Positions 41,451 to 53,211 are shown, counted from the first letter of the whole stretch. The stretch is 63,894 nt of DNA, filler included, from Acidimicrobiia bacterium (GCA_029210695.1; 11 parts of 11 records of this genome joined end to end with filler, not necessarily neighbours in it), one strand, 5' to 3'. Notes: generated by a model from the letters alone, not told the origin. Made by a program: numbers and translations.

Positions 41451-42070
41451 TGCGACCGATCAACCTTCTTCCACCGGAGGTTTCGGAGAAATCGAAGGCG
41501 CGACGCAAGATCTTCGGGATGATGCTCGGAGTGCTGGCGTTCGTGGCGGTGCTGGCGCTGGCCACATTCTGGCTGGTCGGCCAGGCCAATGACGCCGAGT
41601 CCGACCTGGAGGCCCAACGCCAAGAGAATCAGCGATTGCAGGCAGAAATCGGTCAGCTGGACGGTGCCAGGCAGTTGCGGGCGGACTATCAAAGCGGCGT
41701 CTCCAGAGTGCAGCTGGCGCTCGCCAACGATATCGCATGGGGCCGGCTGCTCAACGATCTGGCGAGAATCATCAACGATCGAGCCTGGCTGTCGTCTCTG
41801 TCTGCCCAGGCTTCGACGCCGACGGAGACCGATGTCACGTTTGGCACGCTCAGTGTGAGCGGTACGGCTTTCTGGTATGAAGACGCCTCCTCGTGGCTGC
41901 GGGTCCTCGACTCGAGCTATTGGCCGGCGGTGGGCGCTGGGTGGGTGAGTTCAACCTCGGTGTCCGAAATCGAGGAGATACCGGTCGTCAACTTCAGTTC
42001 CGCGGCCGCGTTGACGTCGGCCGCTTTGTCCACTCGAGTAGTCGACCTCATTCCGGAGGTTCCGGAGTGA
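41450..42070 (+). CDS. pilN: PilN-like protein
   Basis: INLLP motif, TM helix, coiled coil. Confidence 0.88.
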   Translation: MRPINLLPPEVSEKSKARRKIFGMMLGVLAFVAVLALATFWLVGQANDAESDLEAQRQENQRLQAEIGQLDGARQLRADYQSGVSRVQLALANDIAWGRLLNDLARIINDRAWLSSLSAQASTPTETDVTFGTLSVSGTAFWYEDASSWLRVLDSSYWPAVGAGWVSSTSVSEIEEIPVVNFSSAAALTSAALSTRVVDLIPEVPE

Positions 42071-42756
42071 GGCGCATACTGGTCGGATTACTCATCGCGG
42101 TTCTGATCTCCGCCGTCTGGTACTTCTTCGTCGTTGGTCCGATCAACGAGCGGAAGGAAACCGCCCAGATCGACCTCGAAACCGCTCAGACCGAGGAGTT
42201 CACTCTCCGGACCACACTGTCGCGACTTCAGAAGATCGAAGAGAACCAACTGGAATACGCCACCGCCATCGGTCAGCTCGAGACGGGGATTCCATCCACC
42301 CCCCGACTCGCCGAACTGATCGACGATCTCAACTACCTGGCCGATGAGAACGGGCTCGCCTGGACGAGCGGAAGCTACACGGTGCCGAACCTCATCCAGG
42401 GCACCGAGGTCTTCGAGATCGGTGTCACCGTGCAGGTGCAGGGTCAGTTCTTCGAGATACTCGGATACCTCTACGGGATCGCCGACCTGGATCGGATTGT
42501 GCGGATCGACTCACTCACCTTGTCCGCCAGTACGGATGAAGCCGGATTCCACTCAATGAACGCGACGATCTCCGGCGTTGTATTCACGACCAGCGAAGTG
42601 GTCATACCGCTCGAGCTCTCGTCGCTCCTGCCGGCGGAACCGGCCGCCGATGAGGCTCCGGCGGAGGATGCCCCCGCTGAGGATGCCCCCGCTGAGGAAC
42701 CTGCCGCCGGTGCAGATGGTTCTACTGAGACAACGACCACGACGGTAGGGGGATGA
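42067..42756 (+). CDS. pilO: PilO-like protein
   Basis: TM, coiled coil, GQFFEILGYL, LDRIVRID; GTG overlaps the pilN stop. Confidence 0.85.
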   Translation: MRRILVGLLIAVLISAVWYFFVVGPINERKETAQIDLETAQTEEFTLRTTLSRLQKIEENQLEYATAIGQLETGIPSTPRLAELIDDLNYLADENGLAWTSGSYTVPNLIQGTEVFEIGVTVQVQGQFFEILGYLYGIADLDRIVRIDSLTLSASTDEAGFHSMNATISGVVFTTSEVVIPLELSSLLPAEPAADEAPAEDAPAEDAPAEEPAAGADGSTETTTTTVGG

Positions 42757-42757
42757 C

Positions 42758-43270
42758 ATGCAGCCGCGCACGATACGAAGAGCCGGAACCGCGATCGCCG
42801 TCTCGATCCTCTTGATCGGGTTCGGAGTGGCGGCCGTCTGGTTGGCTCTCGTTCCCGGATATCGCGCTCAGACCGAGGTTCTGTCGGGCGAACTGGCGTC
42901 GACCGACACCATCGCAGTCGAGGCTGCTCCACTGCTCGAGGGCATGAAGGTGGCTGCCAACTTTCAATTCTCTCAACCCCGCGATCCCTTCCGGCCGCTC
43001 ATCGTCGCAGGCGGAGTCATCATCACCGATGGGACCTCGTCGGGTGGCGGAGGATCGGTCACCGGCACGGTAGTGAAGCTCCTCGATATCACCGACGTCG
43101 GTGGGGAGCTTCGGGCCAAAGTCGAGGTTGCCGGTGTCGAATACGACGTCGGGGTCGGCGAGACCTTCGCCACCAATTTCAAAATAGTGAGCCTCGATGC
43201 AGACTCGGCGGTCATCCTCTTCGGCGACAACGCCTTCGAACTCTTGATCGGCCAGGAGATCATCAAATAG
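42758..43270 (+). CDS. PilP-like pilus accessory protein
   Basis: RDPFRPL motif and small beta domain; follows pilO. Confidence 0.65.
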   Translation: MQPRTIRRAGTAIAVSILLIGFGVAAVWLALVPGYRAQTEVLSGELASTDTIAVEAAPLLEGMKVAANFQFSQPRDPFRPLIVAGGVIITDGTSSGGGGSVTGTVVKLLDITDVGGELRAKVEVAGVEYDVGVGETFATNFKIVSLDADSAVILFGDNAFELLIGQEIIK

Positions 43271-43654
43271 CGACCTCCGTTTTAGGTTTTGAGTTATGGG
43301 TTGTACTTGGCGGCCCGCTGTAAATCACAACCCAAAACCTAGAGGCAGTCCGCCAGGACATCGTGCCTGTTGTGTAGCGCGTCTATGTCCGCCAGGAGAT
43401 TGTTCCTATGCGTGGTGGTANNNNNNNNNNNNNNNNNNNNNNNNNNNNNNNNNNNNNNNNNNNNTTAATTAATTAANNNNNNNNNNNNNNNNNNNNNNNN
43501 NNNNNNNNNNNNNNNNNNNNCAGGACCTGATGGCACACTTGATACGCGACCGCGCTAGGTGGCGTCGGTAGATCGAGCACCGCTCGCGGAAGTGCCGGTC
43601 TGCTCGGTTCCGAGAGGTGGGCGTTTCTGCTCGGGATCTGTTGTTCGGCGCTGG

Positions 43655-43972
43655 TCAGTTGAGGCCGAGGACGGTGAGCAACGCGGCGTCGACCCCCCAC
43701 TGCTCTTCCGGTGTGAGATGGCCGGCGAGGTCACCGAGCCGCTGAAGATCGACTGCACCGACCTGCTCGACAAGCACCCTGGTGAGGGTGCCGTCGATAT
43801 CGATCTCGGGTCGGAAGGAAGCTGGTTTGGCGCTGGTCGATGTGGGTGCCACCAGAACTACCGATCGTGGGAGGAAGGCATCGGATTGCACGACGACACC
43901 GAAACGACGCCCTCGCTGTTCGTGTCCCAGCCCCTTGGGGAGTCGCAGGGCGAAGATGTCACCCCGGTGCAC
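43655..43972 (-). CDS. PemK/MazF toxin
   Basis: RGDIF, GHEQRGRRFGVVVQSD, VAPTST. Confidence 0.92.
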   Translation of the reverse strand: MHRGDIFALRLPKGLGHEQRGRRFGVVVQSDAFLPRSVVLVAPTSTSAKPASFRPEIDIDGTLTRVLVEQVGAVDLQRLGDLAGHLTPEEQWGVDAALLTVLGLN

Positions 43973-44198
43973 GGAGACTCTCCATGAGCTCGGCCACCGC
44001 CATCATCTCCGCGCGGTCGTGGTCATCGGCTTCGAGAGCGGCGACCTCTTCAGCGAGAGCCCGCTTGTCATGAAGCCGGGACGCAGCCTCAACGAGTGCG
44101 GCACGGATCGCTTCGGAGCGAGACATGCCGGTTGCCTCGAGCTCGCTCAGGGCATGGAGAGCGTCGTCGTCGAGTCGGACCGATATCGCTTGAGTCAT
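43959..44198 (-). CDS. Ribbon-helix-helix antitoxin
   Basis: ISVRLDD...SRSEAIRAAL; overlaps the toxin; operator palindrome GTATCAC-N5-GTGATAC at 44208-44226. Confidence 0.88.
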   Translation of the reverse strand: MTQAISVRLDDDALHALSELEATGMSRSEAIRAALVEAASRLHDKRALAEEVAALEADDHDRAEMMAVAELMESLRAPG

Positions 44199-44420
44199 GC
44201 GATCAACGTATCACGATCTGTGATACAGGGCAATAGACACGGGCGAAGAGTGCACTCGCACGTGCCGATACCGGACACTCGGCGAGATGTGCGTTCGTGT
44301 TCCCGATCTCGTGATCGGCGCTGGTCAGGACGCCTACGTGAGGGTCGTGGTGATAGGCACGGGCTGTTGGCGGACGGGAGAAGCCCCCCTGAGACCCCGG
44401 CGTCAGTAGCCTGTAGCGCC

Positions 44421-45032
44421 ATGACCGCCACCGAGCCCGCCCAGACCGCCGGGGCCCTGCCCGACCACGTGGCCGAGAACAGACGTCACTGGGATGAGAT
44501 GGCCCACGAGTGGGTAGCAATGCGCGACCGGGTCGTCATGGTTCCCCAAGAGGGGATGCTGTTCGCGGGCTCGATCGCCGACAACGTGCGGATGGGACGA
44601 CCGGAAGCAACCGACGAGGAGCTACAGACCACCTTCGCCCGACTCGGTCTCACCAACTGGCTGGACGAACTGTGGGCAGGGCTCGCTACTCCCGTCGGAG
44701 AACACGGTGGAGCAGTGTCGGTCGGCGAGCGACAGCTGGTCACTCTCGTCAGGGCGGCCATCGCCGACCCCGACCTGCTGGTGCTCGACGAAGCCACCTC
44801 CGCGGTCGACCCTGCCACCGAGGTACGGATCAGCGGCGCCCTGAATGAGCTCACCGCCGGGCGGACGGTGGTGACCTTCGCCCACCGGATGTCCACGGCG
44901 GAAGCGGCCGATCGTGTCCTGGTCTTCGACCAGGGCCGGCTCGTCCAGGATGGACCTCATCACCGGTTGGTGGCCGAAGGCGGCGTGTACGGCCGGTTGT
45001 ACGACTCCTGGCAACGCGGCACGGGCAGCTGA
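44421..45032 (+). pseudogene. Chimera: methyltransferase-like N-terminus plus ABC ATPase C-terminal half
   Basis: DHVAENRRHWD then VPQE, SVGERQL, LDEATS, AHR; no Walker A. Confidence 0.7.
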
Positions 45033-45135
45033 CGGGGATCCAAATCCTGACCTCTGGCGGTACTGCCGGGGTCGTCCGGCCCTGGTACGACACCCATCTG
45101 CTCCCAAAACTGAAACAGCCGTCGGAAGAGGAGCC

Positions 45136-47620
45136 ATGCGAACCGGCTTTGCCGTGGGCACGCTGGTAGGGGTTCTGCTGCTCTCTTCGCTCCCCGCTTC
45201 CGGTCAGACAGATATCGCCGACAACCTCCCCCTGGAAACGTTCACAGAGGAAGCTCCCGATCCCGGGTTGGTTGCTTCCGAGGCGTTCGGGCCACCTCCG
45301 AACGCCGATCCAGCACTGCACGACTTCGCCGGAACCCTGACGATCGAATTGGGACTGATGACGCAAGACAACGTCACCGCGTTGGCGGGCAGCGGCACGT
45401 TCCCGGGACTCAGCGCCGAGTTCTTTGTGCACGAGGGATGGCTCGTTCCGGTCGAGCGAGACATCATCCAATCGTCGTGCTGCTGGGACCTCATCCTGTC
45501 GCCCGGTCGCGTCTGGTCGGACCCGGATGACGGTGGGTGGTCGCGAGCCGGGTTCCCCTTTGTGCTGATCAACACCGGTTTCCCGGAGGCGCACAACGGA
45601 CTGGCCACCTTTCTCTACGGTGAGGACGCCGTTTCATCGGTTCGCATCCAGGTGACGGCCGAAACCGCTCCTGAACGGGAGTTCGACGCCCGGGCACTGC
45701 TTCCCGCTGCATACCAGCCCAGCCCCGTCGGTGATGACGTTCGTGAAGCATTTGCCTCCGAGCTGGCAGCCCGCCTGCCGGTCCGGCTTATGACCGAACT
45801 CAGCGAGCACGTGGGACGTGATCTCGAGACCGAGATCATCGGGAACATCCCTCCTGAAGAGGTATCGGCTTTGGCGGTACTCGCGGATGGGGTCATCTAT
45901 CAGGGTCGGTCGGCCATCCGCACCGGCAATCATCCATACCCCGAGTCGATCCGCTCGAGTGTGTACTCGATGTCAAAGTCGATGGGCGGCGGGCTTTCGG
46001 CGCTCTGACTGGCGAGGGCGTACGGACCGGAGGTTCTGGATGACCGAATCGCCGACTGGTTAGAGGTGACTTCCGATCACGACGGATGGGACGACGTGAC
46101 ACTCCGGCATTGCATCGACATGGCCACAGGAATCGGTGAGAAGAACCCGGAACCATGGCCGCTCGACATCATGAGCGAGGCGGGCGGGGACACGCGCATG
46201 GCTCGTTTCTGGGCATCCCGCACGGCCCCGGCCAAGCTCGACGTGGTGTTCTCGTACGGCAACTATCCGTGGGGTCCGGGAGAGGTCGCCCTACACCGAC
46301 AAACACACGTTTGTGTTTTCGGCGGCCGCCGAAGCGTTCCTGCATGCACAGGACGATGCCCGGACCGATCTGTGGGAGGCGGTCACACGGGAAGTCCTCG
46401 AGCCGATCGGACTGCACGGCATTCCGATGACCCATTCGCTGCCCGATCCGGACGGGAATACCGTCGCCTTCTTGTCGAGCGGCCTGTATCCGAATGTACA
46501 GGAGTCGGCCAAGGTAGCCCAGCTGCTGATGGACGATGGCAGGTTTGAAGAAACCCAGCTCCTCGAGCCGGACCTCGTGAGGGAAGCGCTGTTTCGCGAA
46601 GATGACTTCGGAGGCTACCCGTCGGGAATCGCCAACCCTGACGGTGATCTCGCTTACCGCCTGTCGTTCTGGGGGCTGGCATACGAAGCGGAGGACGGAT
46701 CGCTCCACCAAATCCCCCACATGTCCGGTTTCGGGGGGAATTACCTCCTCATGGCTCCCAACGATGTGGCCGTACTGGTGTATACCGATCACGGCAACAC
46801 CAATCTGAGCGGCTACTCGGTTGCGGTGCAGCTGGCCGAGGTAGCCGAGTCGATCAAACCGTTCCCGGCCGGTTCAAGCGCACCGGGTCCGCCGTTGATG
46901 GGAAACCGGATCGTGCTGCCGGCCCGGAACCAATCCCTGCTGTGGACGCTCTTCTGGATTGCGATGGCCTGGGCGGCGGCAGCCGTTGCCTCGGCCCTGT
47001 ACTTGACCGTCCGTGCACGCAGTGGAACGCCGGCCTGGGCGGCGGCGGGACTCGTAACGGGTCCCCTGGCCGTGCTCGGTCATGGCCGCCGGGACGGCGC
47101 CGGATTGGGCACTGCCCTTGGCGATGCTGCCCTGGCCGTCATCGGACCGTTCGTCGGACTGGTCGTGGCGACCCTCGGTTTCGGCGCGTTCGACCTGCGC
47201 GCGGTGGCGCTGGGCCTGGTGATCGGATGGCTGGCCCTCCGGGTTCCTCTGTCGCGGCGGAATGCCCAATGGACCATCGGCAGGGCGACACTCGAGTTGG
47301 CACCGGTCGAGTTTGTCTCAGCGGGGTGGGGGTGGGTGGGAATGATGGTGGCCGCCGACTTCCTGGGCGTCGCCTATCTCGAGCAGTTCGGCCTGGAGGC
47401 GGAGTTCGGCTCTCTTCCGTCGATCATGATCGCTGTCGCGGCAGCGCTGGCCGGTTTCCTGACCACGATCCCCGCCCAGCTGTGGTTGGGGCGGAACCGG
47501 CTGAGCTCGCTCACGATCGGTCCTGACTCCTCCCTGCCCGGTTGGCCGGCTCGCGCCATTGCCCTGCTCGTCACTGTGGCCGCCCTGGCCGGGGCAATCG
47601 CTGTGGCGCTGGCAACGTGA
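45136..47620 (+). pseudogene. Secreted beta-lactamase-like serine hydrolase with C-terminal membrane domain; nonsense mutation and frameshift
   Basis: SMSK motif; TGA at 46006; frame change near 46290-46315; HMSGFGGN. Confidence 0.75.
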
Positions 47621-47689
47621 GAGGGGTGGCTTGTGGTTTCGGGGTTCCGGGTTTCGTGTCACGAGTCCGGTCAGTGTGGGAGAGAGATC

Positions 47690-48056
47690 TCGAGGACCAG
47701 GGGCCGATCGGGGTTGCGTTCCTCGTCGGCTACTCAGGAGACATCACCCGATTCGAGAGCGCCGGCCACTACGCCTCATACAACGGGACAGCACCCATCG
47801 AAATGTCATCAGCGGGCAGCAAGAAACATCGGCTCAGCCTCCGCGGTAACCGGAAACTGAACCACGCCATCCACATGGCCGCCGTCTCCCAGATCCGAAA
47901 CGACACTCCCGGTCGGATCTACTACGACAAGAAACGAGGTGAAGGCAAAACCAAGAAAGAAGCACTCCGAGCGTTGAAACGGCGAGTCTCCGACGCCGTC
48001 TACAAACAGCTGGCCGCCGACCAGATTTAGGGCCCGGGGACACCCAGGAACGTCTC
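47690..48056 (+). mobile_element. IS110 recombinase C-terminal fragment
   Basis: YASYNGTAPIEMSSAG, RLSLRGNRKLNHAIH, ALKRRVSDAVY. Confidence 0.85.
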
Positions 48057-48352
48057 TGTCGGGGTGGAGCTAGCAAATGGACAATTCGCGTCGGTTTCGG
48101 GCAGCCAACCAGGAGGCCCGATCAAGCGTGCTCACGCTGAGTGGCGCCCGCATCGCCCGGTAGCCGAGCGCGGAGGTGCCTGATAGGTCTGTAGGTACGT
48201 TGCGGGAGTTTGTTCCGTAGCGTTGCAGGGGTCCCGGCGGGTGTGGCTCTCGNNNNNNNNNNNNNNNNNNNNNNNNNNNNNNNNNNNNNNNNNNNNTTAA
48301 TTAATTAANNNNNNNNNNNNNNNNNNNNNNNNNNNNNNNNNNNNNNNNNNNN

Positions 48353-48428
48353 CAGAGTGACCAAAACCCGGCCCGGGGGGTCAATTTTCAACCGGTGCCA
48401 GGGGGTCAATTTTCAGGCGGTGTTGACA
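48353..48428 (+). mobile_element. IS21-family end (matching end at 57736-57809)
   Basis: Repeated GGGGTCAATTTTCA boxes ending TTGACA; inverted match to TGTCGCCACCGGGTGAATACTGACCC. Confidence 0.75.
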
Positions 48429-48429
48429 G

Positions 48430-49326
48430 AGCCGGCTTAGATCCCTCACATCGGGGATACCTATTGGGGTCATCGTACTGGTCGCTCTCTTCACTCTCTT
48501 TGTAAGCATCAGCACCTTCTCAAGCACGATCGGACCCTTAGCCTCCGCACAGGTATGTGCAACTGATTGGACAGCCGCTATTCGAGCCCGCGAATCCGGA
48601 GCTGCCGACTACTCGGGTACGTGCGCAGACTTCGGGGGCTTCGGAGCCACTGAAGGCGTGCCAGATGACTTCACTCGCATCCAATCGGATTGGGAGCGGA
48701 GAGCGAACGAAGAATTCACGATCCTGACCACTGACCTGTGGGCAACAGCCGGAAAGAGTCTCGGCGGTCTACCCCTTATCTTGTTCGCTGTGATATCAGG
48801 ATCTCTGATCGCCGGGTCGATGATGGGATCAGGAGTCACGGCGTGGTCGCTATCGAACGGATGGAGTCGGGCGCTCTGGATCAGATCGATCCTACTGTTG
48901 AACGTCATACTGACTGTAGCGGCATACATCATCCTGACCTCTGGCTTCGTTCTCGCAACAGTCATTCGAATCGCACAACTTGGTTTGCATACCACGCCGG
49001 GTGGACCGGGCTGGTCTGCTTTCACGCCATTGCCAGGACTATTGTTCTACTCATTGATTGGGCTTGCGGCTGGGTTACTAACCGGGAAAGGCGAATCAGC
49101 CGTCCTCGGCGCCTTGGCTTTCATCACTGGCGAATACGTGCTCTCCTCAGCTATGGGCGGTCTGCCTGTGTTCCCGGCATCATTGCATCAGGTGACACTT
49201 GACAATAGCGAGGTCGTTACCGGCAGAATTGCCTTCATAGTGCTCCTCCTCATTTCTCTATTGCTGGCCACCCTCATATGGGTGTACTTCACCTCGAGTC
49301 GGGATGTACCAGATCGCCCAAGATAA
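48430..49326 (+). pseudogene. ABC-2-type permease, 5' end cut by IS21
   Basis: Frame open back to the IS end; multiple TM helices; lower GC than flanks. Confidence 0.55.
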
Positions 49327-49783
49327 GGTGTGGAACCGATTGCTATCGGCCGCCACTGGTCTGCCCGATCCCGCGTGGGAGGCCAACCCCGACGGTCACT
49401 TCAGCAAAGGCTTGACCGGCCTCGACACCTGGCTCTGGTACTCCAATCCATCTCAGGTCGGCCCGATCGACGCCACGTGGACCGATCCCTTCACCCGTTT
49501 CGTCTTCGGCGTGCGGGGGAGAGGCTGGACCGAGTCGATCGCTTGGGACACCGGCGAGGCACGGTACGACGCGTTCGCTCCCACGTGGGACGAGGCACCC
49601 GGGATGGGTAGCGCGCCCGACGCCCCGGCCGCTACCCACCTCTACGACGTCACGTCAGTCGACGCTGGCTTCGGCGACGGCTACCCGGTCAGCGTCGAGC
49701 TCTTCTGGGTCGGCGAGTACCAGATCAGCCTTGTCGCTGGCGTCTGGTCTGATTGGGCGCGGTTCAGCAGCACCCTGAAGTGA
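49304..49783 (+). pseudogene. Fragment of an actinobacterial secreted protein
   Basis: GLTGLDTWLW and WDTGE motifs; no signal peptide. Confidence 0.45.
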
Positions 49784-50073
49784 GCTGTTTCCAGATGCGT
49801 ATGTCGTGGTGGAGGTGCGATCCGAGCTCTCGCGCTGACGGGGTTTGAGGAGACCGCTTCAGCCGATCGAACACGCCCTTAAATGCTCGGGGTGCGCGTT
49901 CCATTACGTGGGCCCCAATCGATTAGGAGCGAGCGAGGCGGACTCCGGTCATGCTCGGTCTCCCATGAAGCAGCTTGTGAACAAACCTGGCTGACGGACG
50001 GGGGACGATCAGACTCGAACTCGAGAACGGCGTCCATGCGCCCGGTGTTCTCCCGACGGTCCGACCTGCCTCC

Positions 50074-50730
50074 TCAGAAATCGCCGGCTGCGCGTCCCGA
50101 ATGCTCGTCGATGACCTGCTCGATCCGGTCCAGCTTGGCGTCGCGGTCGGGGTCGTTGGATTCCTTCCACGTCTTGGTCCGCTGGAACGTGATGCCGTGT
50201 TCCCCCAGCAACTGGCGGACTCGTTCCCGACTGATCACGACCCGATGGGTCTCGTTGTCGTTGAGATACTCCGTGAACTTGCGGACACTCCAGCGAGTAA
50301 ACGGCAACCCGAACTGCTCAGGACGAGTCCTGGCCGCCTCAACGAGGAATATCTCATCGTCAATCGTGATCCGGCGGGGACGGCCACCCGCCCACTGAGG
50401 GTCCAAGCACCGCAGCCCGATCTCGTTGAATCGATGGATCACCTCCCGGACCCGATCCGGGCTGGTCTACACCAGTCGGGCGATCACCTCAACGTTGTTA
50501 CCCGACGCCGACGCCAAGACCACCATCGCTCGTCGATACCGCGTCGCCAACTTGCCATGGCCCCGCCGCACGATCTGTTGCAGCTGCCGCCCCTCCTCAT
50601 CGGACAAACGCCGAACCCGAACCCGCTCCGCCATCCCACCCTCCTCAGTCGAACCCACGCGCCACACCACCAGGATGCGCGATCTCATCGACCAAGTCGA
50701 GGACCCCCAACGTTTGTGGTCAGAGCACTA
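50074..50730 (-). mobile_element. IS630-family remnant (transposase 50074-50634, in-frame TAG, truncated)
   Basis: TA-GTGCTCTGACCACAAACG end; GGRPRRI, WSVRK, TFQRTKTWKESNDP. Confidence 0.85.
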
Positions 50731-51310
50731 GCGATGCGTGCTTTGAGGTCTGTCAGACCCACAGGGCCTAGATCCCGTCCCCTTTCGATGACGACGACTG
50801 CCGGGCAGACGGTTCACTATCAGGATCGCCGACAGACGAGCTTTGATACGGTACCGGTATGCATGCGGGAGATCACCGCGCCATGCCGTCAACAGCCAGT
50901 CGATCTTATGAGTCTCGGGTGGCTATGAGGCGGGGGGCACGAAGACTCAGTTTCACACGGGGTCGGCCAGGTCTATCCACTCTCGCTTTTCTCGCGCTCG
51001 TGCTGGTCTGGTGGATGACGTGGGGCCGGACCGGCTTAGCTTACAGACGTTGCAAGCGACGAGCGAAGTGTCCAAGAACTCACGGCGGAGGAGTCGCATC
51101 GTCAACGGGTCAAATCGCTCAATAGGCAATCGCGCCTTCGTCGAAGTTGATTTCCGTTATAACGGCGCGTTAGCCCGTCCTTACAAGCCCGGCCTTGCCT
51201 AACGACGATGCTATGGCGACACCTGGCCTCGCCGTAGGGGCTGATCCTGATGACCCAGCCCGTGTCAAGAGTGATTGAAGGGCGACTTGGAGTCGACCCG
51301 CTGGATTGGG

Positions 51311-52600
51311 TTACGACGAGTATGAGTAGCTGTCTACCGTCGTCCCCGCCGCATTCCTCAGCGTCGCCGTGTCCCCACCCGAGTTATTCCAGATTGCCTG
51401 TCCCAAACCTTCGTAGTATGCGGTGGCCGTGTCGTCTCCTGGTCCCGAGTAGATCCTCAGTTCAGCTTCCGGTTGGATCAGGTATCCGTCCGGGATGGTG
51501 ATTACATGTCCGGCTTCGTCTTCCAGCCACCATCGACCTACGTCTGCGGTCCCGGTCCCGTCGTTGCGGAGCAGTACATACTCACTGTCACCGAACTCCA
51601 CATCGTTGCCGGGCCCGTCGTATCGGATGTTGGCAATGACCACCTCCACTGATCCTGCAACGGTGGATGTAGGCGCCGGCGTCGTTGTCGTCGTTGCCGG
51701 GGGAGTCGGATATGCGACTACGGCTCCCCCGACAGTCGTACCCTCGCACTGGGATTCGAAGAGGTTGGTGATACGCCCGTGCTCGGATGGGTCCATGGAC
51801 AGTTCCCAGGTGGCTTTGATGACCACCCAGGCGGCGATATACCGACATACATCACCCTCGTTCGGTGGTAGCCAGTTGGAAGGGTCGGCATCACCCTTGT
51901 CTTGATTCGATGCTGAGGACACCGCTATCAGGGTGAGAGAACTGGTCAGATCGTTGCCAAAGGCGACACGACGAGACCGATCCCACTCCCTAGCCCCTGA
52001 ATCCCATGCTTCTTTGAGGGCTACGACATGATCGACTTGGAGCTGCTGAGCGTGGTCCAGCCAGACGCCGTCGTACACCGAGAACCAGAGACCGGTCCCC
52101 ACGTCGCAGCCCGAGCCAACCGATGGGGATTCGACAGCGTCCCGTAAAAGAACCTCTTCACGGGTGTCACAGCCGTCGCCATCTTCGTCGGACCACACCT
52201 CGAAGAGGTCCCGGTCATATCCGGCGGGCGTTTCTAATGCGACCGGGATCGCGGCGAGGAGGTCGAGGACGAGTGTGTCAGCTGGCTGAGGAGATGATGT
52301 GGTTGGGATGGTCGTGGTCGAGGGCGGGACCTGTGTCGATGATGAGGCGGGGGATGTCGACATGGACGTGGTTGTTGATCTCGTTGAAGTTGAGGTGGTG
52401 GTTTCCGCGGCCACCGGCTCCTCAGGGTTGTCGGGTGAGGGGGTGAACGCAGCCCCTACGACGACCACAGCCAACGATATGGCGAGTACCGAGATTGCCT
52501 GTTTTCGAGTGGTCACTCCGAACCAGCCCAGCGGTCGTACCAGGCTGATCAGGCCAAAGAGCAGACCCCCAAGGCCGAGAAGTCCAAGCAGTGGTCCCAT
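51311..52600 (-). CDS. Membrane-anchored HNH (DUF1524) nuclease with lamin-tail domain
   Basis: CDTREEVL, DHVVALKEAWDSGA, NQDKGD; EYVLLRN, IWNNSGGDTATL. Confidence 0.88.
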   Translation of the reverse strand: MGPLLGLLGLGGLLFGLISLVRPLGWFGVTTRKQAISVLAISLAVVVVGAAFTPSPDNPEEPVAAETTTSTSTRSTTTSMSTSPASSSTQVPPSTTTIPTTSSPQPADTLVLDLLAAIPVALETPAGYDRDLFEVWSDEDGDGCDTREEVLLRDAVESPSVGSGCDVGTGLWFSVYDGVWLDHAQQLQVDHVVALKEAWDSGAREWDRSRRVAFGNDLTSSLTLIAVSSASNQDKGDADPSNWLPPNEGDVCRYIAAWVVIKATWELSMDPSEHGRITNLFESQCEGTTVGGAVVAYPTPPATTTTTPAPTSTVAGSVEVVIANIRYDGPGNDVEFGDSEYVLLRNDGTGTADVGRWWLEDEAGHVITIPDGYLIQPEAELRIYSGPGDDTATAYYEGLGQAIWNNSGGDTATLRNAAGTTVDSYSYSS

Positions 52601-52653
52601 CAGTGCAACGAAATCATCGGTGGTCTACCTTATCTTCGTGAGCGAGCGGAACC

Positions 52654-53037
52654 CTAGGTGGCTGGTGTCTTTCGTGGGTCTGAGTGCTCGCGATCCGGGT
52701 CGGTTTCTGGGAGAATCACATGACTGTAGTTTCCGATTCGGAGCGGCTGATGAGATTGGGACTGGCTGGATGGCAAGGCGACCTGTTGGATGATGTGAAC
52801 CGGTTCTGCGATCAGGCGTTGGCGGAGTCCTCGGTGTATGCGGTGTTGCACCGGGAACGTGACCGCCTGTTCGGTGACGAGCTGTTTTCTGATTTGTTCT
52901 CTGATCGGGGGCGGCGCTCGGTGCCACCTTCGGTGGTGGCCACGGTGATGGTGCTCCAACGCTTGGAGGGACTGTCGGATCGGGAGGCGACCGAGCGTTA
53001 CACCTTCGATACCCGCTGGCGGTATGCGGCGGGGGTG
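52654..53037 (+). mobile_element. IS1182-like left end and transposase N-terminus (from 52750)
   Basis: CTAGGTGGCTG inverted repeat; GRRSVPP, LQRLEGLSDREA, RWRYAAG. Confidence 0.85.
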
Positions 53038-53137
53038 NNNNNNNNNNNNNNNNNNNNNNNNNNNNNNNNNNNNNNNNNNNNTTAATTAATTAANNNNNNN
53101 NNNNNNNNNNNNNNNNNNNNNNNNNNNNNNNNNNNNN

Positions 53138-53211
53138 AGCCCTCCTCTACGCCGGAAAACCCAACTGGAATCTACTCGCCACCATCACACCCCGCTGAAA
53201 TCCGATGAGCC
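53138..53211 (+). mobile_element. ISL3-family right end (inverted copy at 62459-62532)
   Basis: Encodes [23 protein letters not shown]; ends GATGAGCC. Confidence 0.8.

Noticed and set aside
43281..43343. Inverted repeat TAGGTTTTGAGTT...AACCCAAAACCTA after the pil operon as a MITE
   Set aside because: Single copy in the window with no evident target duplication; may simply be a terminator
46006..46008. Selenocysteine or readthrough TGA
   Set aside because: Context fits a TGG-to-TGA mutation, and the gene has a second lesion (frameshift)
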